A stretch of 64,000 nt of DNA from Lama guanicoe. Taxonomy: Eukaryota. Position numbers and translations under genes: made by a program. Location: assembly GCA_013239625.1 (NCBI GenBank), contig MU054212.1:9038898-9102897 (forward strand). The letters are read 5' to 3'. The notes beneath the pieces were generated by a model. The model saw only the letters and a program-made list of their open reading frames with translations, searched no databases and was not told the DNA's origin. Shown one piece after another: positions 1-11,680 of this stretch; position 1 is the stretch's first letter, and each line of letters starts with the position of its first letter.

Positions 1-293
1 GCAGAAGTGGAAGGGATCTGTGTGCAAGTGGAGAAAGAGAATTTCCAGAGATGCAGAGTCAGGGAGGGAGATGTGGATGGGTCCCTCTGGGGTGGGAGGT
101 GGGGGAAGGAGGACTGGGATGAGTCATAGAGGGGGAGGGAGACCCCAGGGAGCAGGTGGTGGTGGTTTGGCTTCAATGGAGACAGGAACAAAGACCCATC
201 TCTGAGCCCTCTACTTTGTTTCTCTTCTCCTGCCTCCTGTTTTTGGTACCACAGGCCCTGAACATATACAGGATAGCTGCCCTTCAGCATCTG

Positions 294-362
294 TCTCTCT
301 CTCTCTCATACACACACACACACACACACATACACACATACACACACATGCACACACACACA
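294..362. repeat. Compound microsatellite (TC)n followed by imperfect (CA)n
   Basis: Read directly: tctctctctctctc atacacacacaca...cacacacaca. Confidence 0.95.
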
Positions 363-3300
363 GGAAAACTACCATGGAGTGTTTAAAACTTTTAAAATAA
401 AAGTAAAGTAGAAATATATAATAAAAGTGGTGTGACACTTTCAGGTAAAAAATAGACAGATGTGGATGTCAGAACGTGAGAGGACCTCATGCAATTATAT
501 TGGTGGCCACCTTCCTGTTATTATGGGTCCAAGGATAACCAGAGGCCTAGGCCGACAGGGGGCGAGACTGTGGCCTGAGCTTGCTTCTGCAGAGCCCTGG
601 GGTGGGACCCAAGGGTTAGCACTGGCAGAGTGGTGCCACCTTCCAGCTCTCGTAGAGGTCCTTCTAGGTCATTGCCCCATTCCTGACACCGTCACCCAGG
701 CGTGCAGGGGGAGAAGGCTCAGCTGATGTCCTCCTAATGTTTCTAGATTCATCAAACCTCTGTTGGAGATTGACCACCCACATGTTGATTTAGACCCAGG
801 ATCCCAAGTAGGTTTTATTTTAAGGGCAGCACCTATTGGCTGATACTGGATTGCCAAGATGCTGTGTTAAGAATGATTCTGAAGTTGTGTCTGGGTTTGG
901 TAGGCTCACTTAAGTAGTACTTACCATGAGGATAGTGGGGGAGAGAGGTCGTTTTTCCCTTTCTCTAATCTGAATAATCCTTCTCTATCACATTAAACTT
1001 AGATTTTCCTCCCCTCTCCTCCACGCACTGGTACATTTCACCTGCTCAGACGGAGATTGGATCTGACCTCAATTCGAAAGCATGAAATTAGAGCAGAACT
1101 TCAAAGTGGATAGTACTTGTCTGGTGCTTGTATACAGTCTGGCCCTCTCACCCTGTCTTATGCCCACTGCCCCCACCTCTCCTCGCCCCCCCAGTACATA
1201 GACATCTCACCTAATGCTGGCATTGCTGAAGAAACCACTCCCCCCCGGGAGAAGAACTCCCTCCAGGGAGAGGGGGACCCCCAGGCCAGCCGCAGGGGCA
1301 GGTCCCTGTCGATGGCTCAATTTGCCCCGAAACGCCAATGAGCCCTTGTCTGGGTGTGGCTCCCTGGGCTGCTTTTCCCAGATCAGCTCCATAAAGAAGG
1401 TGCGGAAAATACTGCCTTCAGGGGAAGGGACCCTCGGAAGATAAGAGACCCCTTTCCCAACCTGTCTTGGGTGCTTCCCGCCTTCACCTTTGTTTTACAA
1501 GATAAAAGTGTCCTCCTTGGTTTTTTTTTTTTTTTTGCTCCTCCAGTGATCTCCTGATTCTAACGGGCTTCTAACATGCCACAGAATGATTCTTCCTCTG
1601 GGGTGGATGGGAAGTCTTTGTGGGAAGACTCTCATCAACGTTTTGCTAGTTATGCCCTTTCCCATGTGCTCTGTGTTCCTGAGAGCGAACCGCCCTTGCA
1701 GGTGAAGAGGGAGAGCCCCGCTCTGTCCCCGCCACCACCCCAGAGCCCTCCAGCTGGGGGTGCCCTCTCCCTTCCAGCGCCGAGGCACGAGGTGGTCCAG
1801 CCCGACCCCCACATGGCAGCTGGGAGGGAGCAAGGGGCCAAGGGCAGAGAAAACCCCATCCCTCCTCACAGGATTCAGAGCACATGTAAAAAGCCCTTGT
1901 CACACTGTCCCGCAGCCTAGGAGTGCTCCGTGCTGCATGAACAGCCTTCCTGCTCCACTTGGCTAACCCAAACTGCTTAGAGCACGATTCAGGGGCTCTC
2001 CTGCTTCGGGCAGGTGGGGAGATGACACCAGGTGTCCTCTACGGCTCAGATGCCTGCACTGCAGACCCGGTGGAAATGGGGATACACGTTAAAACAAATC
2101 CAAATGGCAGGAAACCCCAACGGATTTGCCCAGTCTGAAGGCAAGGAAGAGGTCTGGCCCCTGACCTATACTCAGCTGGCCAGTCAGGGTGGCCCCGGGC
2201 TCCCACTCGACGTGGGCGTGAAGACCAACGCTCCTGTGCTTATCCTTCTGTTGTTCCCCCAACACCCAGAAGCAACAAACATCGGCCTTCGAATGCTGGC
2301 TGGATAAAAGCCACGTTCATTCCCTGTGGGGCCGTGGTCTGGCTAAATTGTCTGTGATATGTCTTTCACCTTAAAGAGCCCGCAGGACCCAGCCACATGG
2401 ACAGTGGGGCCTCGGCCTCCCCTGGGTACCGCGGCAGGGAGGCCCAGATGGGAGCAAGGAGGACGGGGCTGCTGGGGGAGAACAGGGTGCTAAGAATAGC
2501 CATCCAGACATGGTGATAAGGGCCCAGAGGGTCAGGGACTTTAGTTGGGGACAGGGAGGGCGGAGGTGGTGGGGAAAGAACAGGGAGATAAGATAGGGAC
2601 TGCGACACAGGAATGCGCAGCTGGGGCTCCGGAGATGGCTGTGGGGCCTGGTGTCGACAGGGTGCCCCCACCAGCTGAGAGAGACGGAGCTGCCCGGAGC
2701 CCTCCTGGGGAGTCTGTGCAAAGGAAGGGCGAGCTGGCTGGTGAGCCGTCCTGCATGTCCCAGCCAGCAGATTTTAGTGACCTTAGAGTCTGTCCCCCCA
2801 ACCCCCACCCACAGGACTTTCTAGGGGAGAAATCCTTGGCTCAGAGATGTGGCGGGACCACTTCCAAGTTGGTGGCAGAGCTCAGCCCAACACCAGCCCT
2901 TCTGGCTCCTCCCACCGCCAGGCCAGGCCCTCCGGGGGCTGCAGCCTCTGCTCCACCCCTGGAGCTCAGGGCACCTCCAGGGGGGCCGGTGAGGGTGCGG
3001 GCATTACTAATCCCACAGACAAGCCCTGGGCACCTTCTAGGGCACAGGTCTGGACATTGTCACTGGGGGGTATAATGGGAAATACAACAGGCAAGACCTG
3101 TGCCTTCCTGGAACTTGGGGAAGGAGCAAAAACAGACAGCACACAAGTAAACAGGCAAAACTGATGCTGGTTTTGGATGACGCTGGGAAGGAATCTGGTA
3201 ACGGACTTGAGCTGTTACCACCCCTCCTCCCCTAGACTTTGACATTGAACTTGAAGGTCTTTCCTCTTAGAACTGTGACCAGTCTGATACTTCCTGAGAA

Positions 3301-6300
3301 TTGGAGTGAAATTTTCTACTTTACAGCGCCCCTGTCCCCAGCCCCAGCTCCCGGCCTAGCACCAGGTACAGGGCTGCGCACAGGGATTTCTGGCCCTCAC
3401 GGGGCTGGATGATTATTCTGTCTACATGAAACTTAAGGAGGCATTTCTCCCATGGTTAGGTTTGGTGGATTTAGGTGTAGATTAAGGGGCGTCATTCTCA
3501 GAAATCCCTGAGCCTGGCTGGCCGAGCTGGATGCCCACCCTGCGGACAGGACAGCTCTCCTGCCTGGTGCTGCGACTGGGAGGCGGGCAGCGGCTCCGGA
3601 GCATTTGGCCCTGCCTTGGCCCCACGCCCTGCGGGCTGGCCGAGCTCCCCTCACTGTACCCACCACCTTGTCTTTCAGCAGCAGAGTGCCAAGTGGCCTG
3701 TTTAGGACACAAAACCCAAACTGCTTCATAAGCTCCCAGAAATCACACCCTTCCTACTCAGTGATCGTCCAACCGACAGGCCGCTGATGCTGGCACGAAA
3801 ATAGCTTGGCAGGGATGTCAGGCTTCACAGGGGGCTGCAAGGCCTCCGCGCGTTTGATGGCCTCATAGTATGAAACCGGTTGGTGCTCTGATCGGCTTTT
3901 AAGGGTGTTCAAATGTTCCAGAGTGTGGGCTTCAGCGGGCCTGGAGGGAAGTTGTCGGAGGTTCAGGGGGTGGCAGTGGGTCTGGGGGGAGCTCCAGCGC
4001 TCTGTGGCTAAGCCAGAATAAGCATTATTATTTCCACAAATCGAGCCATTTTCATGCCCATTTCCCCTGGTGTCCCGATCTGTGTAATTATGGAACGCGT
4101 TTGTGTGGGAAGGAGCCTTTGGAAAACTTGTTCCTGTTTTTTGTCAAGAGGCTGACCTAAAAGTTGAGGAAATTGGTTCATGAGGAAATTCTGGAGTGGA
4201 GAGCTGGCAGGAGTTCCAGATGGTAGGAGAAGGTGGGGTGCCCTGAGGCAGGCGCCTCCTCTGTGTGGCTTTGTCCCTCCGGACCCTGAAAAGGTCAGAT
4301 GCAGAACACAACGCACAAAGAAAAGAGATGAATGTGGGCAGCAGTTGTCACACGCTTTTAAAGTCAGGAGACCCCTGGACGGGGTTCCTGTTCTGCCACT
4401 GGGCAGGACCTGCACCCTCTTGCACCCACCACCATCTCCTCGGTGCTTAACAGGCACCCGGCACATATTAGATGCTCAGTAAAAGTCGACACCTTCAGTG
4501 AATGAACATTTATAGTCTCCCTGGCCTCAGTTTCCTCAAGCATAACACGAAGGAACTGAATTAGCTTGGCGCTGGCAAGGGAATTCATCATTCAAGTTGT
4601 GACAGTTGTCTTGCAGGACAGGAGAGCTTTTCTGAGAAGTTTGTGAGGCACAGATTTGGCATGGAAGTGGGGGAGGGGTGGCAGAGCTCGCACTTCCGGG
4701 ACTTTCTCATGTTTTGGGCTCTCTAAAACCTGTGTGGGTCTATAATTACATACCATTAATTTATTTTAACATTGACGAGACTTGTCGCTGGGATAGTGCC
4801 CGAACCCCTGTATGGACCCAGGATCCGCTGGGTGACTCCGCCTGTTCCCTGGGGAACTCAGTGACTGAAGTGCCTTGTTTCCCGGGGATGAAACGTGGCA
4901 AAGTTAGCCGGGTTCCTGCTGGAATGTTGGGCAGAGGGTCGAAGCCCTGGGGAGATTGATGTTCTCACTGGCAATAAGGGATAAAAAGGCCGAGGTCATG
5001 GGGTTGGAAATGAAGTCACAGGTGGTAAGCGTTTAGTGAGTGGTGAGTAGCTGGCAGCTTCACTCCTGGACTGGTGACATCTTCCCATAGAGGGGCAAAG
5101 GTGTCTGGCGTGGCAGCCTGCTTCACCCCTCTGAGGAGGGCCCAAGGGCTTTCAGTCCTGGCTTCGAATGCCCCACGAGCGTTCCCTTGTGGTTCACATA
5201 TGACAGCATCCCAGAGTTGACGGTGTTAATGCATTTCTGCTGTAAGATGAAAAGGCAGAGGACGCAAGCCTTTTTGAGTGGATGGATCTGAGAGGCGAGG
5301 GATGCTGCCCCTGGTCCTCTGTTCAGACGGTGCCATGTGGGTGCTGTCAGGAATGTCAGGAGCTGGGAAAGCCTCACTGCTTCCTGGGAGCTCACAGTCT
5401 CACAGCCCAAGCACATGCTTCATGATGCATGCTCTTGGGGTTTCCTGGAGGTGCACCTTCTCCCCGACGGCTGCAAGGTTGTTATGGGTAGAAACCACCC
5501 CTCCTGCGTCCCTCAGTCACCCTGTGCATGGCGATGGTTGTCACCAGCTGCCCTGCACTAGTAGCCCCCGGTCTCCTCCAGAGCACTGGCTTCGTTCAGA
5601 ACCAAGAGTTGTCCCTGCAATTAGGACCTCAGCAATGGTCTATTCAGCGTTTCTCCAAGTAAAGTCTCCTTTTGTCCAGATTGCTGACTGAAAAGTTCTT
5701 CTGGAGGTTTTGCTGTAGGAAATTAGAATCACCAGGGCAAAGACAGTAAAAGAGGACCTCCTTGGGGGAAAATGACCCTGTTTCAAGGTAGCTGGTTTTC
5801 TGCTACGCCCTCAATTGCTTGTCCGTCCATCCACAGTGTAAGGGATATTTTCTTTGCAGCACCTGGAAAGGTTATTTGTTTTAGGGACTGAGCCTCCAGA
5901 GTGCAATTTTTTTTCCATCCCAGGGAGTTTTACACAAACTAGATGATATGAATAATGAATTTCATAGCTTTTGCGGGCAGTAACAAAATAGCTGTGAAAG
6001 AATCCAAACCAGGTGGAGACATAACTGCTTTTCCAATCATTTCAGTCCCAGAGTTTTCAGGACCTCTGCAAATGTCACTTGAGAGGATAAAATCGTCAGA
6101 CTCAGGTAATGATGTTGCCTGGGGAGACAAAAGGAAGTCTTGATCAAGAATGAAGAGAGTGTTAAGTGCAAATCTCATTTCTCTCTGGTGCATATTTTAT
6201 CACGGTCTTCAGTATGTAAACGATGTGCTCTATGTGATTACCAGCAGGGATGCAAGTGTTACGAACTTTCAGGCACAGGTTAATGTCTGGTAGTGTTTTG

Positions 6301-6399
6301 GCTAATCCTCTGAGGGCTTTGTGTGAGCAAGTTTGGGGTTGCTGGTGTTACTATAACGGCAGTCAGCTTCACAGCATTTCACTGTGGGTTACTCTGACA

Positions 6400-6480
6400 T
6401 CACCCCTGTTTTATGGACGTGAAAAAAATGATTTAACTTGTCCAAGGTCACATATTTCGTAAGTGGAGGAACTAGAACAC
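6400..6480. mobile_element. MIR SINE fragment, resuming at about 6972-6990 after an L1 insertion
   Basis: Contains the MIR core-like taacttgtccaaggtcaca...gtaagtggagg and continues as ctagaatttgaacc. Confidence 0.6.
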
Positions 6481-6965
6481 TTAAAAATAGCTTTATTGAG
6501 ATATAATTGACACACTATAGAAGTCACCCTTTTAAAGTGTACAATTCAGTGGGTTTTGGTATATCCGCAAAGCTATGTGGTCATCGCCAGTGTCTAATTC
6601 CAAACATTTTCATCATCCCAGAAGGAAACCTCATGCCATTCACAGTCCCTCTTCATGCTGGCTTCCCCCTACTGGCCTCAGGTAACCACTAATCTACTTT
6701 CTGTCTCTACGCGTTTGCCTATTCTGGGCAATTCTTATTATAGTAGCATATAATATTTGGTCTTTTGTGACTGGCTTCTTTCACATAGTGTGATATTTTT
6801 GAGTTTCATCTATGTATCAGTACCTCATTACTTTTTATTGCTGAATAATATTCTCTTGCGTGTGTATGCCACATTCCATTTATCCATTCATCAGCTGGTG
6901 GATGTTTTGCATTATAGCCATTTTTTGGCTATTCTAAACAATACTTCTGTGAACTTTATTGTGTG
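6481..6965 (-). mobile_element. Old L1 (L1MB-like) 3' end, antisense
   Basis: Contains ctttattgagatataattga, aaagtgtacaattcagtg, aaccactaatctactttctgtctct and tggcttctttcac, which are typical of an antisense L1M 3' UTR. Confidence 0.8.
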
Positions 6966-6994
6966 GGCAAAAGGAGCTAGAATTTGAACCTCTC

Positions 6995-7452
6995 TTTTTA
7001 AAAAATTTTTTATTAATGTTAGTTTCAGGTGTACAGTAAAGCAATTCAGTTATATATATATATAGATATAGATATACATACATATATTTTCAGGTTCTTT
7101 TCCATTATATATAAGAAATTGACTATAGTTTCCTGTGCCATACAGTAGGTCCTTGTTGTTTATCTATTTTATGTGTAGTAGTGTGTATCTGTTAATCCCA
7201 AACTCCTAATTTATCCCTCTCCCTGCTCCCATTTCCTCTTTGGTAACCATAGTTTGTTTTCTGTGTCCGTGAGTCTATTTCTGGTTTGAAAATAAAATTT
7301 GTATCTTTTTTTAGATTCTGCAGGTAAGTGATATCATAGGATATTTGTCTCTCTCTGTTTGACTTACTTCACTTAATATGATGATCTCTGGGTTCATCCA
7401 TGTTGCTACAAATGGCATTATTTCATCCTTTCTTATGGCTGAGTAATATTCC

Positions 7453-7505
<53 letters not shown>

Positions 7506-7880
7506 TGTATATATGTTTTCACATCTTCATTACCCATTCACATATTGATGGACATTTAGGTTGCTTCCATGTCTTGGCTATTGTAAATAGTGCTGCTATG
7601 AACATTGGGATGCATGTGTCTTTTCGAATTAAGAGTTTCCTCCAGATAGTTGGCCAGGAGTGGGATTGCTGGATCACAGAGTAAGTCTATTTTCCGTTTT
7701 TTAAGGAATCTTCATACTGTTTTCCATAACGGCTGAACCAAACTCCATTTCCGCCAATATTGTGGAAGGGTTCCCCTTTTCCCACACTTTCTCCAGCATT
7801 TATCATTTGTGGACTTTCTAATCATGGTCATTCTGACTGGTGCGTGGTGATACCTCACTGTAGTTTTGATTTGCATTTCC
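6995..7880 (-). mobile_element. Younger lineage-specific L1, 5'-truncated (ORF2 C-terminus and 3' UTR), antisense
   Basis: A T-rich start is followed by gtttcaggtgtacag, gacttacttcacttaatatg, ttgtaaatagtgctgctatgaacattggg and gttttgatttgcatttcc. Confidence 0.9.
7455..7504. repeat. (TG)25 perfect microsatellite inside L1
   Basis: Read directly. Confidence 0.97.
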
Positions 7881-8094
7881 ACAGAGGATGTTTTAAATAG
7901 TCAAGTCAAGCAGTTGAAATCTCAGAGAGGGGTGAAAAAACACAAAGGGAATGGAGAATTCTAATAGGAAGGACTTGCCGAAGAAGTAGAGACTGACCAA
8001 GTGATTTCTGAGAGACTGTCTCTGACATAGTTGGTGCAGTAACTATTAGTCACACTGCTCAGTATAAATGTATAAATGACGTTAATCTGTTAAT

Positions 8095-8270
8095 TTAACA
8101 AATCTGGATGCCTATATACCAAACTCTGTAGGGGTGAGATCACAGGAGACATTTATTTCATATACAGATCTATAATTCTAGTGTTTTATTATTTTTTCTG
8201 TATAATAACAGCATTTTTTCTGGTGGGAATGTATTACTTCTGTTATCAGAGAAAATAAACACATTAAAAA
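8095..8270 (+). mobile_element. Ancient L1ME-like 3' end fragment
   Basis: aaatctggatgcctatataccaaact...gtattacttctgttatcagagaaaataaa resembles old L1 3' termini. Confidence 0.45.
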
Positions 8271-10591
8271 TAATAATGGCCTTGATAATGTTATCTAAAA
8301 CCTATGAGTTAAAAAATGTGATTGTCAAAACTTATAATTCACTAGGTATGTTAGGAAAAACATGATCCAAAGATTGGTTGAGAGAGATTTATTTTTAAAG
8401 GCATTTGACTAATACAGTGATTTATAGTTTACAAATTTATATCTTCATTTACTCATTTGGTCCATCGATCACCCCATCCGTCCCTTATCGAGCCCTGTTA
8501 CTTGTCAGTCACGGTGCTGGGTATGCCTGAGGATGTTGAGTGTGCCCTCAGGATGCTGTGTGCCCCAGCCATGCTGCCTGCCTCCTACAGTGCATGGGTT
8601 TGCTGACTGTGACAGCCCCACTTCCCTGGGTCCTCCTGTAAGGAGCATCTGCTCAGGCTGCCGAGGGCTGGAAAGCCATGCTCATCTCTGCCAGGGGTGA
8701 GAAAGGGGATGGCATCAGATGGCAGGAAGGAATCTCCATCCCCTTCCACAGATGCCCCTGTCGGCCACAGGATTTAGGGCTACAGGACAGAGCCCATTTC
8801 TCCACCAGGGCAAGCTGCTCGGGCCCGTGTGGCAAAGGGCAGGCAGGGCAGTGAGACTGAGAGAGCAGAGACCCTGGCGTGTGAATGCGGGAGGGCTTCG
8901 TGCAGTAACGTCCCTCACTGGTTAACGGGGCCCAGCTTCGAGAGCAAGGAGAGCCCACGAAGCTGGTGTCATATGAGGAGGGATCCTAGGAAGGGGCCAC
9001 CTTGGCAAGGGCTGGCTGTTGGGGGAGCTCGACCCCGGGGGAGGCCTGGGAATGGCCACACTGGTGGGGCCCTTCTGCTTCCCCTCCTGGTGGAGACCTC
9101 ACAGTTTCTTTCTTCCTGATTCTCTTCTGTTTCCATTGACTCCCCACCTTGGCTTGGCCCTGATTGTCATAATATTGAAATACATCATGTTTTATTATTT
9201 GCCTTATTTATTGAATAATTGATAGGCTCTTATTTCTTAATTCAAAATAACAGATGTGTCAGATGCTTTCTCTTTTTTCCACTGAAAAATTTCTCGTTAT
9301 CAGAAAGAAATCAGTTTTTCCTTTAGCATTGTGCTTGTTTTTGTGTGTTAATGACCTTTAGGGCTTTTGGGCCAGAATAAGTGGTATCATTATAATGTGG
9401 TGAATTCCCTGGGTGTCCAGATCAAGGCTGTATGGCTTTGCTCCTGACTGGGAACCTGCAGGAACAAGTTCTAACTCTCACACTGAGCCTCTAAACTAAG
9501 GAGGTGGTGAAGCCGGGATGCTTTATGAATCGCTGACAGCCAGGTGGGACATGGGGGAGGCCAAACCACTGAAGGGGTGTGAAGGAGTGAGCTGGGAGGC
9601 CACGTCAGGCCCCCCAACTCCCACAAGTGGACCCCTTGCCCACAGCTGTGTGGCCTGCGTGTGTGTGGGAAGGGGATGCGGACCCGGATTCTGGGCTACC
9701 TGCCTGCAGTGACGGCAGAGACGCCACAGAGGCAGCAGCTTCCAATGATGGTACGATCGTATTTTGCTCCTTCCACGCCCTCTTCTGCAGGCCCCCAACT
9801 GAAGATGAAAGGACCCGGGTACTCAGTCTCCAAGGTGTTGCTTGGGTCAAGGTCTACGTCTTTTGGCCCCCATAGCTAGGAAGGGGCTGCAGAATACTTG
9901 GCACTTTTATGTTTAAGTCAGAGCTTAAGCCGGTTTGAGTCACTGAATCCCCACGATCAAAGGCGGTAATTTCACATCTTTTAGCTACTTCAAAGCAAGT
10001 TGTGGAAAAAATTAGGAATCTGGAAGCAAAAGGAATTATACATCAAAGAAAAACAATCTCTTGACCTCTCTTCCTCCCCAAACCAACTGTTCCTAAGTGT
10101 AAAGGGCCAGACTGGATATGGCCCACTCAGCGTGGGGTGGGAGGAGCCAGCTAAGCCCCAGGGCTCATTGAACACTTTCTTTCCCAGGGAGTGTTCCTGG
10201 AGCTGCCAGAATATGGAAGAAGCACAGGATGAGGGTTTTATCAGAGAAGTACTTAACGTTGGGGGGAGCAAGAATGGTACACGGCACATGTGTCGTACAG
10301 GGTCATAGTTAAATGGGGAATTGGGTGATTCAGGGAGATGCGCCGGGAGGCTTCAGCGAGAAGGAGCAGCCGTGGGAGGAGCTGTTGGTGAGGACGGATT
10401 TCACTGCAGGTCTCGAGTTTGGTGACAGGAGGAAGATGGGCTCCAGGAGGAGGAGAGGCAGGAGGGTGGGGTGTGGGGTGTGCACGAAGAGAGGCCAGGC
10501 CCTCTTCCCAGTTAGGGAAAAAGTGGGGAGGCGGGTGAGGTTGGATCGGGGAGTGGTCCCACTAAAGATGGGTCCCTAAGGCTGGATGAAA

Positions 10592-11035
10592 TGTCAGAGA
10601 TCAACAAAGCCGGACCAAGTCAAACTGGCCAGGGGAGATGTGATCAGTGATAACCTTACTGTGACAGGGAGAGGGGGCCAGGTGGACGGACCCAGCTTAG
10701 TTCCGCTTGTACTGAGATGGGTTTTCCAACTGGCACTTACTTAATTTAAGCTAGGCTCCTACCCTCCTGCAGAGGCTGGAGATGGGGTGCGGGGGGTGTC
10801 TTCAGGTGTGGGCTGGAACTATCAGAAAATTCTTTGGGCAGCCTTGAGTTTTCTCAGGCAGGCACTTTAAGGAGGTGGGGAGGCGGTGGCACAAGTCATT
10901 CTAGGGACATGGCCTTGAACTGTTAGTGTTTGTTCTTAGTGTTTGTATCTTAGTGTTTGTTCAAGTCTTTCTAGGGCAAGGTTGAGACCTGGCCAAGGAG
11001 CGGGCTCGGAGGAGCCTGGATAGACGTCTGATTTT
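10592..11035 (-). mobile_element. ERV-class solo LTR remnant
   Basis: Starts tgtcagagatcaacaaagccggacc and contains ctagggcaaggttgagacctggccaaggag...ggctcggaggagcctgg, which resembles antisense eutherian ERV LTRs. The family is not resolved. Confidence 0.55.
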
Positions 11036-11559
11036 ATGGGGCAGGAAATGGAGTTAAAGTGGGAATAAGGTGGTGAAACGGATATTAAAGGAGATGAGAT
11101 TGGCTTTGAATGTTAATCACTTTTCATTGACTCTTAGGGCCGCACGTGACCAAGGTGCTCATTCAACTTTTAAAGCCCTTCATTTACTGAGGACATAACT
11201 GGGATCTAAGGGATCAAGGGATTTTTTAATCCTGTGACATGAAAATGTGTGTGTTACCAGCCGTGTGTGTGCTGAATACCAGGAATGGACCAGGCACTGT
11301 GCTACGTATTATGGCAAGTGCTAACATCTGTCCTAAACCCCTAGGGGCCCCGAGATGCTCACAGTCCGATGGAAAGAAAGGCACAAATGTACAAAGAGTC
11401 GGCAGCACACTTAGAGACGAGGGTCTCACGTGGCAGGATGTGGCTCTTGGTACAGGAAGTGACCGCGAAGACAGGAGAGTGCCTGGACCGCAGTGGTCTG
11501 GGAAGACCAAGACTCATGGATGCCCGAGCCAAACAGACCGTAGGGATGCTGTGGTCCAA

Positions 11560-11680
11560 CAAACTCGCTTCACGGGTCTTGACACGTGGGCGGGATTTTG
11601 ACAAACTGAAAAACGAGCAGAGGCTCTCGGGAAGGGAGGAGGAGACCCCAGGATGATGTAGGAGGATGCAATTGTCATTA
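11560..11680 (+). mobile_element. Possible CR1/L3 LINE remnant
   Basis: gggattttgacaaactga...cagagg...gaccccaggatg resembles the CR1/L3 RT-proximal motif gggacattgacaaactggag...cagaggagggcgaccaggatg. Confidence 0.35.

Noticed and set aside
2366..3164. Stack of overlapping ORFs on both strands (up to 176 aa)
   Set aside because: High GC content reduces stop codon frequency, and the translations are low-complexity and rich in Pro, Gly and Ala.
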